A DNA stretch of 64,000 nt from Dehalococcoidia bacterium (GTDB lineage: Bacteria > Chloroflexota > Dehalococcoidia > E44-bin15), in the NCBI GenBank assembly GCA_041649635.1, contig JBAZMV010000005.1:65976-129975 (forward strand), written 5' to 3'. Positions 38,407 through 48,759 of the stretch are shown one piece after another. The notes beneath the pieces are model-generated. The model saw only the letters and a list, made by a program, of their open reading frames with translations, was not told where the DNA came from and did no database searches. The stretch's first letter is position 1. Every line of letters begins with the position of its first letter. The position numbers and the translations under genes are program-made.

Positions 38407-38703
38407 ATGATGGATACACAGGTACTCAAGGAACTTCGTCAAATCCCCGGCGTCGGCACCAGCATTGCAGCCGATTTGTACAGTTTAGGCATTCATTCCA
38501 TAGTCGACCTTCGTAGCAAAGACCCCGAAGAATTGTATCTTAAACTGTGTTCGGTTCGCGGCATGCACATCGACAGGTGCGTGCTGTATGTTTTTCGATG
38601 CGCCGTCTACTACGCATCGTATGAAAGACACGATTCGGAGTTGCTCAAGTGGTGGAACTGGAAGGACAATTCGCTAGCTGCGAGAAAGCAGTCATATACA
38701 TAA
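38407..38703 (+). CDS. Small helix-hairpin-helix (HhH) DNA-binding protein
   Basis: IPGVGTSIAADLYSLGIHSIVDL HhH motif. The start was trimmed to ATG 38407 because the ORF-track start at 38299 overlaps the tRNA. Confidence 0.45.
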   Translation: MMDTQVLKELRQIPGVGTSIAADLYSLGIHSIVDLRSKDPEELYLKLCSVRGMHIDRCVLYVFRCAVYYASYERHDSELLKWWNWKDNSLAARKQSYT

Positions 38704-38728
38704 GACAAGACAGAAAGGAGTTTGAACT

Positions 38729-39898
38729 TTGAAGATCCACGAATACCAGGCAAAGGAGATTTTCGCCAAGTACGGCGTGCCTGTGCCTAAGGGGAGGGTG
38801 GCTTCGACGCCGGCTGAGGCGAAGAAGATAGCCCAGGAGCTGGGCGGCCAGGTTGTGATAAAGGCCCAGGTATACGCGGGCGGCCGCGGCAAAGGCGGCG
38901 GGGTCAAGATAGCGCAGAACCCCGACGAGGCCGAGAAGATAGCGGGCCAGATGATAGGGATGCAGCTGGTGACGCATCAGACATCCAAGGAAGGCGTGCC
39001 GGTGCACAAAGTTCTGGTCGAAGAGGCCATGGGCATCGCCAAGGAGCTGTATCTGAGCATAGTGATCGATTCGGCGAAGAGGATGCCGGTGATCATGGCC
39101 AGCGAGGCCGGCGGCATGGACATCGAGGAAGTCGCATCCAAGACGCCGGAGAAGATACTCAAGGTGCACGTCGACCCGGCCTCCGGCTACCAGTCCTACA
39201 TCGGGCGCAAGATAGCGTACGGGCTGAACATGCCGGCGGACCTGATGAAACCGGCGGGACAGCTCATCGAAGGCCTGTTCCGCATGTTCCGCGAGAAGGA
39301 CGCCTCGCTTGCCGAGATCAACCCGCTCGTGATTACAAAAGATAACAGGATACTGGCGCTGGACGGCAAGCTGAATTTGGATGACAACTCGCTGTTCCGC
39401 CATAAGGACTATCCCGACCTGCGCGACCCGTCGCAGGAAAACCCTCTCGATTTGAAGGCGGCCGAGGCGGGCGTGTCGTACATCAAGCTGGACGGCGAGG
39501 TCGGCTGCATGGTCAACGGCGCCGGACTGGCCATGGCGACCATGGATATCATCAAGCTCAAGGGCGGCACCGCGGCCAACTTCCTGGACGTGGGAGGTGG
39601 GGCCAGCGACGAGCAGGTTATCGACGCGTTGACCATCATGCTCTCCGATCCCAATGTCAAAGCGGTGCTGGTCAACGTCTTCGGCGGCATACTGCGCTGC
39701 GACATCATCGCGCGAGGCATGATCGAGGTATCGAAAAAGCAGGAGATAAAGGTGCCCATCGTGGTGCGTATGCGCGGCACGAATAAGGATGAGGGCAAGA
39801 AGCTGCTCGCCGATTCCGGCTTGCCGGTGATACTGGCTAACGACCTGGACGATGCAGCGACAAAGGTCGTCGCCGCAGCCAAGGGAAAGGCCAACTGA
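38729..39898 (+). CDS. sucC: Succinate--CoA ligase [ADP-forming] beta subunit
   Basis: ATP-grasp N-terminus [19 protein letters not shown] and CoA-ligase C-terminus. TTG start with AAGGAG RBS. Confidence 0.9.
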   Translation: MKIHEYQAKEIFAKYGVPVPKGRVASTPAEAKKIAQELGGQVVIKAQVYAGGRGKGGGVKIAQNPDEAEKIAGQMIGMQLVTHQTSKEGVPVHKVLVEEAMGIAKELYLSIVIDSAKRMPVIMASEAGGMDIEEVASKTPEKILKVHVDPASGYQSYIGRKIAYGLNMPADLMKPAGQLIEGLFRMFREKDASLAEINPLVITKDNRILALDGKLNLDDNSLFRHKDYPDLRDPSQENPLDLKAAEAGVSYIKLDGEVGCMVNGAGLAMATMDIIKLKGGTAANFLDVGGGASDEQVIDALTIMLSDPNVKAVLVNVFGGILRCDIIARGMIEVSKKQEIKVPIVVRMRGTNKDEGKKLLADSGLPVILANDLDDAATKVVAAAKGKAN

Positions 39899-39914
39899 TT
39901 AGGAAGTCGAAGTA

Positions 39915-40223
39915 ATGACCGTCGAGATAATACTGCTGGTGGCAAGCATCGCTTTCATGATAATCCTATGGGTCGGCTTTGACGGTATCACCGTCAGCGG
40001 GCCGCTCTCCGTAGGGCTGATCTCCGTCGGCATCGGGATAATGGGACTGTGCTATTTTCACGAGTTCGACGCCCGCTTCGGGGTCAGCATGGGCTTTCTA
40101 GTCATCGGCGGCGCCATATTCTTCTCGGCGATGCGGAAACGCGAATCTATGAAGGAATTCAGCGCTGCGCTTTGCGTGGCGGTAGCGCTTGTCTGTGGAA
40201 TATACGCGATATTAAGTCTTTAG
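39915..40223 (+). CDS. Small hydrophobic membrane protein inserted between sucC and sucD (hypothetical)
   Basis: 102 aa with 3 predicted TM helices. It is in the same orientation and tightly packed with sucC (16-bp gap) and sucD (9-bp gap). Confidence 0.4.
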   Translation: MTVEIILLVASIAFMIILWVGFDGITVSGPLSVGLISVGIGIMGLCYFHEFDARFGVSMGFLVIGGAIFFSAMRKRESMKEFSAALCVAVALVCGIYAILSL

Positions 40224-40232
40224 GGGGTTAAA

Positions 40233-41108
40233 GTGAGCGTACTGGTAAATGAAAATACCAAGCTGCTCGTGCAGGGAATAACCGGCAACGAGGGCAGCTT
40301 TCATACTAAGAGGTGCATGGCCTTCGGCACCAAAGTGGTGGCCGGGGTCACGCCGGGCAAGGGCGGGAACAAGTTCGAGGACGTTCCCGTGTTCAACTAT
40401 GTCGATCAGGCGGTGAAGGAGACCGGCGCCAACGCCAGCATGATATTCGTGCCGCCGGCCTTCGCGGCCGAGGCCATAATCGAGGCGGCGGACGCCGGGA
40501 TAGAGCTTGTGGTCTGCATCACGGACGGCATACCGACCCTGGACATGGTCACGGTGCTCGGTTATCTTAGGAACAAGAAGACGCGGCTCATCGGGCCCAA
40601 CTGCCCCGGTCTGATAGCGCCGAAGTACAAGTGCAAGATCGGCCTCATGCCGGGCGACATCAGCAAGCCGGGCAACGTGGGCGTCGTGTCGCGCAGCGGC
40701 ACGCTGACATATGAGGCTATAGCCCAGCTCACGGAGCAGGGCATCGGGCAGTCAACCTGCGTCGGCATCGGCGGAGACCCGCTGATCGGCACCACGTTCC
40801 TGGATATGCTGGAGCTTTTCGAAAAGGACAAGGAGACCGAGATGGTTATCCTTATCGGCGAGATAGGCGGCGTGGCGGAGCAGCAGGCCGCGGAGTTCAT
40901 CAAGGCCAAGATGTCCAAGCCCGTCGTATCCTTCATCTCCGGCAGCAGCGCGCCTCCGGGCAAGCGCATGGGGCATGCCGGCGCCATAATAACGGGCAGC
41001 TCGGGCACCGCGGCGGAGAAGTTCGCCGCGCTTAAGGCCGCCGGGGCGCATATCGCGTCGAGCCCGGCCGAGATCGGCGCGCTGGCCAAGAAGGTTTTGA
41101 AGTCTTGA
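40233..41108 (+). CDS. sucD: Succinate--CoA ligase [ADP-forming] alpha subunit
   Basis: CoA-binding N-terminus [15 protein letters not shown] and the phosphohistidine loop region. GTG start after an AGGGGG RBS. Confidence 0.9.
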   Translation: MSVLVNENTKLLVQGITGNEGSFHTKRCMAFGTKVVAGVTPGKGGNKFEDVPVFNYVDQAVKETGANASMIFVPPAFAAEAIIEAADAGIELVVCITDGIPTLDMVTVLGYLRNKKTRLIGPNCPGLIAPKYKCKIGLMPGDISKPGNVGVVSRSGTLTYEAIAQLTEQGIGQSTCVGIGGDPLIGTTFLDMLELFEKDKETEMVILIGEIGGVAEQQAAEFIKAKMSKPVVSFISGSSAPPGKRMGHAGAIITGSSGTAAEKFAALKAAGAHIASSPAEIGALAKKVLKS

Positions 41109-41872
41109 AGATACTGGTAACAAATGATGACGGTTTCTACGCCAGGGGGCTGTGGCTGCTCGCGCGTGAGCTTAGCAAGGTCGGCGAGGTTGTAATCGTA
41201 GCCCCCGACCGCGAGCAGAGCGCTGTGAGCAGCTCGATGACGCTGCATCATCCGCTCAGGGTGAGGAAGGTCAGATCGCCGCTTGAGGGAGTGTCCAGCT
41301 ATTCGGTTGAAGGCACTCCCTCAGATTGCGTCATCCTGGCGTTAGGCCGTCTCCTTACCGAGAAGGTCGACCTCGTGTTCTCAGGGATAAACGAGGGGGC
41401 CAATCTTGGCGACGATGTGCTCCTGTCCGGTACCGTCGGCGCGGCATTGCAGGGATACTTCAAGGGTATTCCTTCCGTGGCCATATCCGTCGGCGCCATC
41501 AAGGATGTGCATTTCGACGTAGCGGCAAAGCTTGCGGGCGTGCTGGCACGAAAGATGGGGGATATCCCCAGGGAGGTTCTGCTGAACGTGAACCTGCCCA
41601 ATCTACCCCTCGATAAAATCCAGGGCATAGAGGTCACAAAGCTGGGGCGCAGGAGCTTCGGCGACCAGGTTGTCGAAGGGAATGACGGCAAGAGGGAGTA
41701 CTACTGGATCGTCAGGGGGGAGCCGCAATGGCAGCCGTCGGAGGGCACGGACGTGAAGGCCTTTATCGAGGATAAGATATCGATAACGCCTTTATATACG
41801 GACCTCACCAGCTCTCAAGCGCTGTCCAAGCTGAAGAAGCTGCCGTCGGAACTACTGAACGGGCTCAAATAG
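41105..41872 (+). CDS. surE: 5'/3'-nucleotidase SurE
   Basis: [54 protein letters not shown] start overlapping the sucD stop. Confidence 0.85.
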   Translation: MKILVTNDDGFYARGLWLLARELSKVGEVVIVAPDREQSAVSSSMTLHHPLRVRKVRSPLEGVSSYSVEGTPSDCVILALGRLLTEKVDLVFSGINEGANLGDDVLLSGTVGAALQGYFKGIPSVAISVGAIKDVHFDVAAKLAGVLARKMGDIPREVLLNVNLPNLPLDKIQGIEVTKLGRRSFGDQVVEGNDGKREYYWIVRGEPQWQPSEGTDVKAFIEDKISITPLYTDLTSSQALSKLKKLPSELLNGLK

Positions 41873-41904
41873 TATCGATTCGTATTATTGCAGAAAATCG
41901 GAGG

Positions 41905-44469
41905 CTACCCGGCCGCGGGTAACTCCGATTTTTTTGTCTGTTTTGTTTGCGCTCGATGCTTCGCGCGTCGCCGCGCTTTCAATTCTTTCCTGCTCTGCCA
42001 CGAGTCGATCCATACGATTAGCGGAGGTAGCACGAACAGCGTGCTGACCAGAGCGAAGGCCACGTTGATCATGGTCACAACGCCGAAGTCGACCAGTATA
42101 GCGAAATCGCGGGCTATGAGCAGCGCACCGAAGCCTCCGATAACGGTGAGCCCGGAGGCGACGATGGCGCGGCCTATCTTGGTCATGGCTGTGACCATGG
42201 CCGTGAACGGCTCCTCTCCCCTCTGCCGTTCCTCATAGTAGCGCATCATAAGCAGGACGGTGAACTCCACACCTATGCCGATGATGAGTGCGCTGAGCGT
42301 AGAGGTAAGAGGGGTGTATTTGATACCCAAGAGCCACATCACGCCGCTGGACCAGCCTACTATGAGTGCGATAGGCACCGTTGCCATCAGGGCCCGTATT
42401 ATCCTGAGCCTGAACAGGATGAGTAGCCCGCCGAACACCATGGCGATGCCGATAAAGGTCATCTCCACTCGGCCGCCCGTGAGTGCATCCCACATCTTTT
42501 TACCGATTACCGGCATGCCGGTGACCACTCCGCTAACCCCCGAAGGCGCTGTTGAGATATAGCTCCTTAGCGATTCGATGAAGGGTTCCGTCTCTTCGCT
42601 TCCCATTAACGAATCGAGGCTCACTATGATATTGGCCGCTTTGTAATCCTCTGTGATGAGGTTGCGGGAGACCTGGGTAGGCAATGCGGAGATAAGCCCT
42701 TTGATCTGCCCCGTATCGGGGGGTATCTGCCCTCCGGCCATGCCATATACGGTGCTTGCGATGCTGTTCGTTCCAAGGACTCCCTGATAGCCGTTGTTCA
42801 TAATCTGTGATTCTACTCCCAGCATCCATTCCAGCGTTGCCGGATTGGATATATCATCAGCCTCTATCAGGATGTTTGCCGAAAGAAATCCGCCGGATAT
42901 ATCCTGCAGCAATAACATATCCTCAATGACGGGAACATCTTCTGATATGAAATTCAACTCGTCGGTTTCGGTCTCGATGTGCCCGTCGGCGATGACGCCC
43001 GCTATGGTGAGCGCCAGAGCAATCGGCAGTATCACAGCCCGGCTTCTGATTATTCGCGGGGCCATTTTGTGGAGGCCCTTCTCGACGAAGCCCATATGGC
43101 TGTTTTCCGACTTCTTGCCGTTGTTGATCTTACGTATCCGGCGTATGACTACGGACAGCAGGGTGAAGGCGGCGATGAGCAGGCTGCCGGCGCCTATGAT
43201 GACCAGTATATCCTTGTAATCGCCGAGATCGGGATTACTGGTGAGGGCGATGGCGTTTATGCAAATGTATGCGGCGAATATGGCCAGCGCGTAGAAGGCG
43301 CGCTCGGCACGCGCTTTAGCCGCCTTTGTCGGAGCCTTGGCGCGGGCGCGCCGGTAGTCATGGTTGTAAAGTATCGCCAGGAGGAAGAAGATTGCCAGCA
43401 CGTAGCATGTCAGGACGCCGATGATGAGCATTGAGCCGAAGTCCTTGATCATGGGAACGGGCGAGAAATAAAGCGCGGCGAATCCGAGACACGCGGTGAT
43501 TATGGCTACGCCTATCGCCGGGCCTATGTGTGTGACTGCGTCGACGATGGCCTGTTTCACGGTCTCTCCGCGCCGCGATTCCTCGTCGTAGCGGTTATGG
43601 AATTGTATGGCGTAGTCTACCCCCAGGCCGATTATTATAGGGAAGACCGCCATGGTTACCATGGTTATCGGTATGCTGAGCACCCCCATGATGCCGAATG
43701 TGTAGATGATGCCTATGAAGACTACACCCAGCGGGAGCCAGCGCCAGGCGAAGAATCCGCGCACGCTGAATATGAGAACAAGTATCAGCAGCATGAGGCC
43801 GACCGAGACAAGAAGCATGTCCTGCATGCTGCTCATCATGAGGTCGCTTATCGAGGCCCATATAACGGGAGCTCCTGTAACGATAGTGTCTACACCCTGA
43901 AGGCCGGACGCGCTGACCGCTTCACGGGCGGCTTCGACAATATCTGATTCTTCTTCCTGGGAGAGGCCTCCTTTCAGGGTTACCGCGATAAGCGCGTGCT
44001 CTGTATCGGGGAAAACGCTGGAGAATCCGTCGCGAACCTCGCCGGTCGCGGGATCGATTACTATATAGAGTGCGGTTTGTGTGTCGCCGGGCAGCGCGGG
44101 GGTTCCGGTCTGCTGATAGATGGCTTGCTTCAAGAAGAAAGTAGGGCCTATGGTGCTCAGTACATTCTCGTTGCCGCCCATCTCGTTCTCGATGGCCTCC
44201 ATCGCGGCCAGGTTCGACGGATCGAGCAGCTTGGTGATATCATCGGCTGTGATCAATACGGCCAGCACGTTATCGCTGAAATGATCTGTAAATCTGACGT
44301 AGTCCTGGTATTCGGGGGAGTCCTCCGAGATGAATGTGGAGTATCCGGTTTCCATCTCCAACTGTGTCGCGCCCAGGGCCGCGGGGATCATGAGGGCAAA
44401 TCCGAGGATGATTAATAAAATCCGCTTATTTTCAATAAAAATACCCAGGTGTTTGAATACTCGTTTCAT
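41905..44469 (-). CDS. MMPL/RND-superfamily membrane transporter (exporter), copy 2
   Basis: 854 aa, collinear with copy 1 at 15432..18035 (same domain order and conserved blocks such as AVLITxDxIxxLLxPxNxAAM). Confidence 0.75.
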   Translation of the reverse strand: MKRVFKHLGIFIENKRILLIILGFALMIPAALGATQLEMETGYSTFISEDSPEYQDYVRFTDHFSDNVLAVLITADDITKLLDPSNLAAMEAIENEMGGNENVLSTIGPTFFLKQAIYQQTGTPALPGDTQTALYIVIDPATGEVRDGFSSVFPDTEHALIAVTLKGGLSQEEESDIVEAAREAVSASGLQGVDTIVTGAPVIWASISDLMMSSMQDMLLVSVGLMLLILVLIFSVRGFFAWRWLPLGVVFIGIIYTFGIMGVLSIPITMVTMAVFPIIIGLGVDYAIQFHNRYDEESRRGETVKQAIVDAVTHIGPAIGVAIITACLGFAALYFSPVPMIKDFGSMLIIGVLTCYVLAIFFLLAILYNHDYRRARAKAPTKAAKARAERAFYALAIFAAYICINAIALTSNPDLGDYKDILVIIGAGSLLIAAFTLLSVVIRRIRKINNGKKSENSHMGFVEKGLHKMAPRIIRSRAVILPIALALTIAGVIADGHIETETDELNFISEDVPVIEDMLLLQDISGGFLSANILIEADDISNPATLEWMLGVESQIMNNGYQGVLGTNSIASTVYGMAGGQIPPDTGQIKGLISALPTQVSRNLITEDYKAANIIVSLDSLMGSEETEPFIESLRSYISTAPSGVSGVVTGMPVIGKKMWDALTGGRVEMTFIGIAMVFGGLLILFRLRIIRALMATVPIALIVGWSSGVMWLLGIKYTPLTSTLSALIIGIGVEFTVLLMMRYYEERQRGEEPFTAMVTAMTKIGRAIVASGLTVIGGFGALLIARDFAILVDFGVVTMINVAFALVSTLFVLPPLIVWIDSWQSRKELKARRRAKHRAQTKQTKKSELPAAG

Positions 44470-44711
44470 TAAATTGCCTTTCCCGTATTGTCGCGACGCA
44501 GCGCCGATTAATATTAAAAGCTTCGATGGGCTCTGTCAATAAGAAAATTTTCGCTTTTTTAATTAAGGTGGCTACTTTTGTGGTATTTTAGCAACTTTAC
44601 GATATTGAACCTGCCGGATATAGGGGTAACTCGACGACTATTATTTAATCTGGCTGGTTTTTTCCCTGTAATACATTATGCTGAGCCTTCCAGTCCGGCA
44701 ATGCATCAGGT

Positions 44712-45095
44712 CTATTTCTTTTTAGGTGTGTAATTAGTCCATTGATAATCGTACTCACTCGTTTCACTTACGTAGCATCCGCCGATAAGGCAGAACGTCT
44801 TAACGTGAATCGACTTACTGTGGGGAGAAGAGTCAGCCGCTTTTCTGGAACGGCCGATTCCTCTTGTGCCGCCTATGGATATGCCGGACATGGTCACCGC
44901 TGTGCCCGGATTAACCACGATATTGACTTCTCCCAGGATGGATACCGCATTGACGACAGTGGTGCCTTCCTCAAGCTCGGCCTTTCTGAAGTCTATTTCG
45001 CAGCCGCCTATGAACGCAACAGCTGTGACTTTCTTGCCGGGACGCCAGGATTCTTTCCCCAGCCTGGAGGTTCCAATTATTGCTAAACTTCTCAT
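44712..45095 (-). CDS. LiaF-C-terminal-like (DUF2154 toastrack) domain protein, copy 1
   Basis: AFIGGCEIDFRKAELEEGTTVVNAVSILGEVNIVVNPGTAVTMSGISIGG resembles the C-terminal beta-repeat domain of cell-wall-stress protein LiaF. No TM segment. Confidence 0.5.
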   Translation of the reverse strand: MRSLAIIGTSRLGKESWRPGKKVTAVAFIGGCEIDFRKAELEEGTTVVNAVSILGEVNIVVNPGTAVTMSGISIGGTRGIGRSRKAADSSPHSKSIHVKTFCLIGGCYVSETSEYDYQWTNYTPKKK

Positions 45096-45141
45096 GGAAG
45101 GCTCTCTCTTTCATCTGTAAAACAGATATACTGATTTATTA

Positions 45142-45708
45142 TCACTTCAAGCCCTGTGCCACCTTGCGAATTAAAGTCAGCAGTACAGTTTGTTCCTCGG
45201 AGGTCAAACAGTTAAGACATTGCTGTACGTTTTCCGACAGCGATTTTTCTATCAGTTCATGCAATCTTTTGCCGGTGTCTGTAAGTGATACACGAACTAC
45301 CCTGCGGTCTCCCGGGTCGTTAAGCCTCTGCGCGAACTCGTTCTCAACCCACCAGTCAACCATGCGTGTCGCTGTCGATAATGGAACTGAAAGCGCCTGG
45401 CTGAGCTCTCCCATGGTCAGGTTGCTGTTATGGTAGAGCGTTCTGCTGAGATTATAAAAAACACCTGGGGTTCCGGAAAAAGCCGGAACTTCTCTGGATA
45501 AAGCTTTTCCCAGCTGTGTTCTTATGTATTCGATCTCTTCGTCCGGTGGGGATATAAGCTTGGCGCTTATCTCATTTAGATACTTGAGAAAGCTGGTCAG
45601 ATGTGATGCTTTGTCTTGCGATTCGAGATTATTGCCCATTATTTCCAACATTTCCGCCATGAAATATTTGCGCAGTGGAAATATATCATCAATCGAATTC
45701 GATGTCAA
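45142..45708 (-). CDS. MarR family transcriptional regulator (paralog of 18051..18560)
   Basis: ...MGELSQALSVPLSTATRMVDWWVENEFAQRLNDPGDRRVVRVSLTDTGKRL. Confidence 0.7.
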   Translation of the reverse strand: MTSNSIDDIFPLRKYFMAEMLEIMGNNLESQDKASHLTSFLKYLNEISAKLISPPDEEIEYIRTQLGKALSREVPAFSGTPGVFYNLSRTLYHNSNLTMGELSQALSVPLSTATRMVDWWVENEFAQRLNDPGDRRVVRVSLTDTGKRLHELIEKSLSENVQQCLNCLTSEEQTVLLTLIRKVAQGLK

Positions 45709-45717
45709 TGTCTTTTC

Positions 45718-47205
45718 TTACGGCAGGCTATATTTCGGTTTGTGGTGATGGAAACGATGGTATTTCAGGAACTTACCGATAGCGCGGCTGGCCTGTTCAA
45801 GTGAGAAATATGTAGGTATTCCGGCGTTTATCAGGTCTATTCTTAGCTGTTCGCGCTGTCCCGGAAGAAATCTGATCAATCCGCCCTGCAGCACTACCAC
45901 TAGCGGTTTACCCGATGCGTTCTCGCGGTCGAACTTCGTAAGCGTATCAAGCACGAGATTTGTGTGCTTCTTAATCGCGTCCTCAAAAGAGATGTTCTCG
46001 TTCTTGGTGTGTTTACTGGCGCCCAGGAGTATGACACCGGGCGGCAGCGCGAACACGACGAAATCGATGTTCGGATCGGCCGCGGATAACTCGAGAGAGC
46101 GTATCAGCACATCGAGGTCCACCATCGCAAAAGCAATGTCGATGGGGTTACGGGTGATCGTTCCCTCCGCAACTATGAATTTGAGCAGGGCTTTACGTGT
46201 CGTCTCGGCGAATGCCGGCAGCACCAGTCCGTTCTGGTCGCAGACGTCGGAGCAGGCCACGCTGTTTCCTCCGCCGCCGGCGATTAAAGCCATTCGGTTG
46301 TCTTCAGGCGGTCGCAGATATAGGAATGTCATGACCTGGTTCAGCAGTTCTTCTATGCCCTCCACCCTGATCGCTCCGGTCTGTCTAAAAAAGGCCTCCC
46401 AGACCTGTTGTTCACCTCCCAGGGAGCCGGTGTGCGAGGCCGCGGCGCGGGCGCCGCTTGGTGTCGCGCCGCCCTTCCAGATGATGACGGGTTTTGTCTT
46501 GTTTATCTCCCTTACCAGCTTTGTCAGCTTGCCGCCGTTCTTCACTCCTTCCAGGTACATACAGATAATCTTCGTCTCCGGATCTTCGGCCAGATATTCG
46601 AGCAGGTCCACGCTGTCGATGACGGCGGCATTGCCAAAGCTCATCACCTTGCTGACTCGGATGTCGTAGTCGGCTGATTCGATGACAAAGGTGCCGGCAT
46701 GGCCTCCGCTCTGGGATATGAATCCTACATGGCCGGGCTCCGGATTGAGCGTTTCCCATGTTGTTATTTTCGATGCCGGTATATGAAGTCCCATGCAATT
46801 GGGGCCGAGCACGTTTATCTTGCCTCTCGTGGCAATAGCTTTGAGCTTTTCTTCAAGCGCTATCCCCTCCGCCTCCCCCGATTCCTTGAACCCGGCCGTG
46901 AATATCTGCACGTTCTTTATGCCGACGGTAACACAATCCTCAAGCATAGGTATGATATCCTTTGCCGGTACGGTCGCTGTAACTAGATCGACGTGTTCCG
47001 GTATCGAAAGCAGGTCATGGTATGACTTAAGTCCGTGTATCTCCTTGCCCTCGGCTTTTGGGTTTACAGGGTATATGCGTCCGGGAAATCCGGCACGCTG
47101 TAAGTTGGCTACGAAGTCGCCAAATAGAAGGGGCTTCCTGGAAGCCCCCACCACAGCTATTGTTTTCGGTTTTATCGCATCTTCAAAGCCCGGATAAAGC
47201 GGCAT
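45718..47205 (-). CDS. Acetate--CoA ligase (ADP-forming) family / CoA-binding acyl-CoA synthetase-like protein
   Basis: CoA_binding N-terminus [11 protein letters not shown] and Succ_CoA_lig-like flavodoxin-fold domain. 495 aa. Confidence 0.6.
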   Translation of the reverse strand: MPLYPGFEDAIKPKTIAVVGASRKPLLFGDFVANLQRAGFPGRIYPVNPKAEGKEIHGLKSYHDLLSIPEHVDLVTATVPAKDIIPMLEDCVTVGIKNVQIFTAGFKESGEAEGIALEEKLKAIATRGKINVLGPNCMGLHIPASKITTWETLNPEPGHVGFISQSGGHAGTFVIESADYDIRVSKVMSFGNAAVIDSVDLLEYLAEDPETKIICMYLEGVKNGGKLTKLVREINKTKPVIIWKGGATPSGARAAASHTGSLGGEQQVWEAFFRQTGAIRVEGIEELLNQVMTFLYLRPPEDNRMALIAGGGGNSVACSDVCDQNGLVLPAFAETTRKALLKFIVAEGTITRNPIDIAFAMVDLDVLIRSLELSAADPNIDFVVFALPPGVILLGASKHTKNENISFEDAIKKHTNLVLDTLTKFDRENASGKPLVVVLQGGLIRFLPGQREQLRIDLINAGIPTYFSLEQASRAIGKFLKYHRFHHHKPKYSLP

Positions 47206-47262
47206 GTGGAAATCCTTGTTTGATAGTTTCGATTGTCGATTTAATTATAGCAGAATTTTGGC

Positions 47263-47348
47263 TGGTGCCGAGGGCGGGACTCGAACCCGCACGAGCTAGT
47301 GCCCAAGGGATTTTAAGTCCCTCGCGTCTGCCATTCCGCCACCTCGGC
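47263..47348 (-). tRNA. tRNA-Leu (anticodon TAA), CCA encoded
   Basis: Reverse complement gccgaggtggcggaatggcagacgcgagggacttaaaatccct...ggttcgagtcccgccctcggcacca. Type II. Confidence 0.8.
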
Positions 47349-47438
47349 CTTCGATCGTTCTAGGATTTTTAAAGATAAAAAACGGGGCCGCAGTTACGTA
47401 CCCCGAGCTATCATTGCATATTCATAACGCTTGTGAAG

Positions 47439-47512
47439 AGGCGACGGGCAGATTCGAACTGCCGAATAGGGGTTTTGCAGACCCCCGCCTTAACCTCTTG
47501 GCCACGTCGCCG
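47439..47512 (-). tRNA. tRNA-Cys (anticodon GCA)
   Basis: Reverse complement ggcgacgtggccaagaggttaaggcgggggtctgcaaaacccc...ggcagttcgaatctgcccgtcgcct. Confidence 0.8.
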
Positions 47513-47546
47513 CAATAACCCCGTCGTACCGGGGAGAAGATTTTTT

Positions 47547-47621
<75 letters not shown>

Positions 47622-47624
47622 GTA

Positions 47625-47711
47625 TGGTGCCGAGGAGGAGACTCGAACTCCTATAGGCTTTCGCCCACCACCCCCTCAAGATGGCGTGTCTACCAGTTCC
47701 ACCACCTCGGC
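47625..47711 (-). tRNA. tRNA-Leu (anticodon GAG), CCA encoded
   Basis: Reverse complement gccgaggtggtggaactggtagacacgccatcttgagggggtgg...ggagttcgagtctcctcctcggcacca. Only 3 nt from tRNA-Gly. Confidence 0.75.
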
Positions 47712-47714
47712 TTA

Positions 47715-47790
47715 TGGCAGGGGCGGAAGGGCTCGAACCCTCGACCTGCGGTTTTGGAGACCGCTGCTCTACCAACTGAGCTACACCCCT
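47715..47790 (-). tRNA. tRNA-Trp (anticodon CCA), CCA encoded
   Basis: Reverse complement aggggtgtagctcagttggtagagcagcggtctccaaaaccgcaggtcgagggttcgagcccttccgcccctgcca. Confidence 0.8.
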
Positions 47791-47947
47791 ATTACTTAAG
47801 CTGCGTAGGCCGCGGTTAAAATCAAATCCCTCGCAGCTTCGGAACCGAGGACACTGCGGCCTCTTAACTGCGTCCCAGCTCTCCATCCTCTTTTGTTAAT
47901 AATACCATTTTAATATTATAACTGATGACAACCCGTTCTTGGAAGTC

Positions 47948-48310
47948 TTAAGTCCATTCCTCTTCGTATTCGCTGAACTCGGTTACGTAGCATCCGCCAA
48001 GAATGCAGACAGTCTTAACATGTATGGACTTCTTCGCGTTCAGGCTGGGAACCAGTTCTTTCGTGCGCGCTATGTTTCTAGATCCCAGGATCGATACACC
48101 TGATATAGTCACCGGAATGTCCGGCGTGACCACGATGTTTACATCGCCCAGTATTGAAATCGCGCTCACTTCCGTGACGCCGTCCTCAAGCTCAGCCTGC
48201 CTGAAATCCACTTCACAGCCGCCCATGAATGCGATTGCGGTAACCTTTTTCTCCGGACGCCAAGGGCCTTTCCCTAATTTTGAGGCACCGAGTATTGCCG
48301 ATTGTCGCAT
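47948..48310 (-). CDS. LiaF-C-terminal-like (DUF2154 toastrack) domain protein, copy 2
   Basis: AFMGGCEVDFRQAELEDGVTEVSAISILGDVNIVVTPDIPVTISGVSILG. Clear paralog of 44712..45095. Confidence 0.5.
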   Translation of the reverse strand: MRQSAILGASKLGKGPWRPEKKVTAIAFMGGCEVDFRQAELEDGVTEVSAISILGDVNIVVTPDIPVTISGVSILGSRNIARTKELVPSLNAKKSIHVKTVCILGGCYVTEFSEYEEEWT

Positions 48311-48429
48311 CTATTCTATCTCCCCTTTTTTGGCACCTCCGAGTCGACCTCAGACGCCCTCTTTTACGGTATTCATTTTTACTTATGATTTCGCTGGTAT
48401 TTAGTCTGCTTGCGCCATTTCTTTAGTTA

Positions 48430-48506
48430 TGGTACCCCTGGGGCGACTCGAACGCCCGACAAACGGTTTAGGAAACCGCTGCTCTATCCATCTGAGCTAC
48501 AGGGGC
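48430..48506 (-). tRNA. tRNA-Arg (anticodon CCT), CCA encoded
   Basis: Reverse complement gcccctgtagctcagatggatagagcagcggtttcctaaaccgt...gggcgttcgagtcgccccaggggtacca. Confidence 0.8.
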
Positions 48507-48607
48507 ATTCCTACTGTCCGGGCACGATTCCCCGTTCTACCGGCTACCACCTCCGAAGCTATGAGCAGAACTTTTTGGTACTGAACGGTCAGCGCTTTAT
48601 GAATTCT

Positions 48608-48683
48608 TGGTGGAGATAGAGGGATTCGAACCCTCGACCTCTGCGATGCGAACGCAGCGCTCTCCCAGCTGAGCTATATCCCC
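48608..48683 (-). tRNA. tRNA-Ala (anticodon CGC), CCA encoded
   Basis: Reverse complement ggggatatagctcagctgggagagcgctgcgttcgcatcgcagaggtcgagggttcgaatccctctatctccacca. Confidence 0.75.
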
Positions 48684-48759
48684 CTCAGCACGAGTGATTA
48701 TAACAACAGCCCCCAGTAGTGTCAAGGCAAATTATATTACGGTTTCTGCTGGGGTGGAA

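Noticed and set aside
38238-38429. ORFs 38238..38429 (-) and the 5' part of 38299..38703 (+)
   Set aside because: They overlap the tRNA-Ser gene at 38293..38380. The plus-strand ORF was trimmed to start at ATG 38407.
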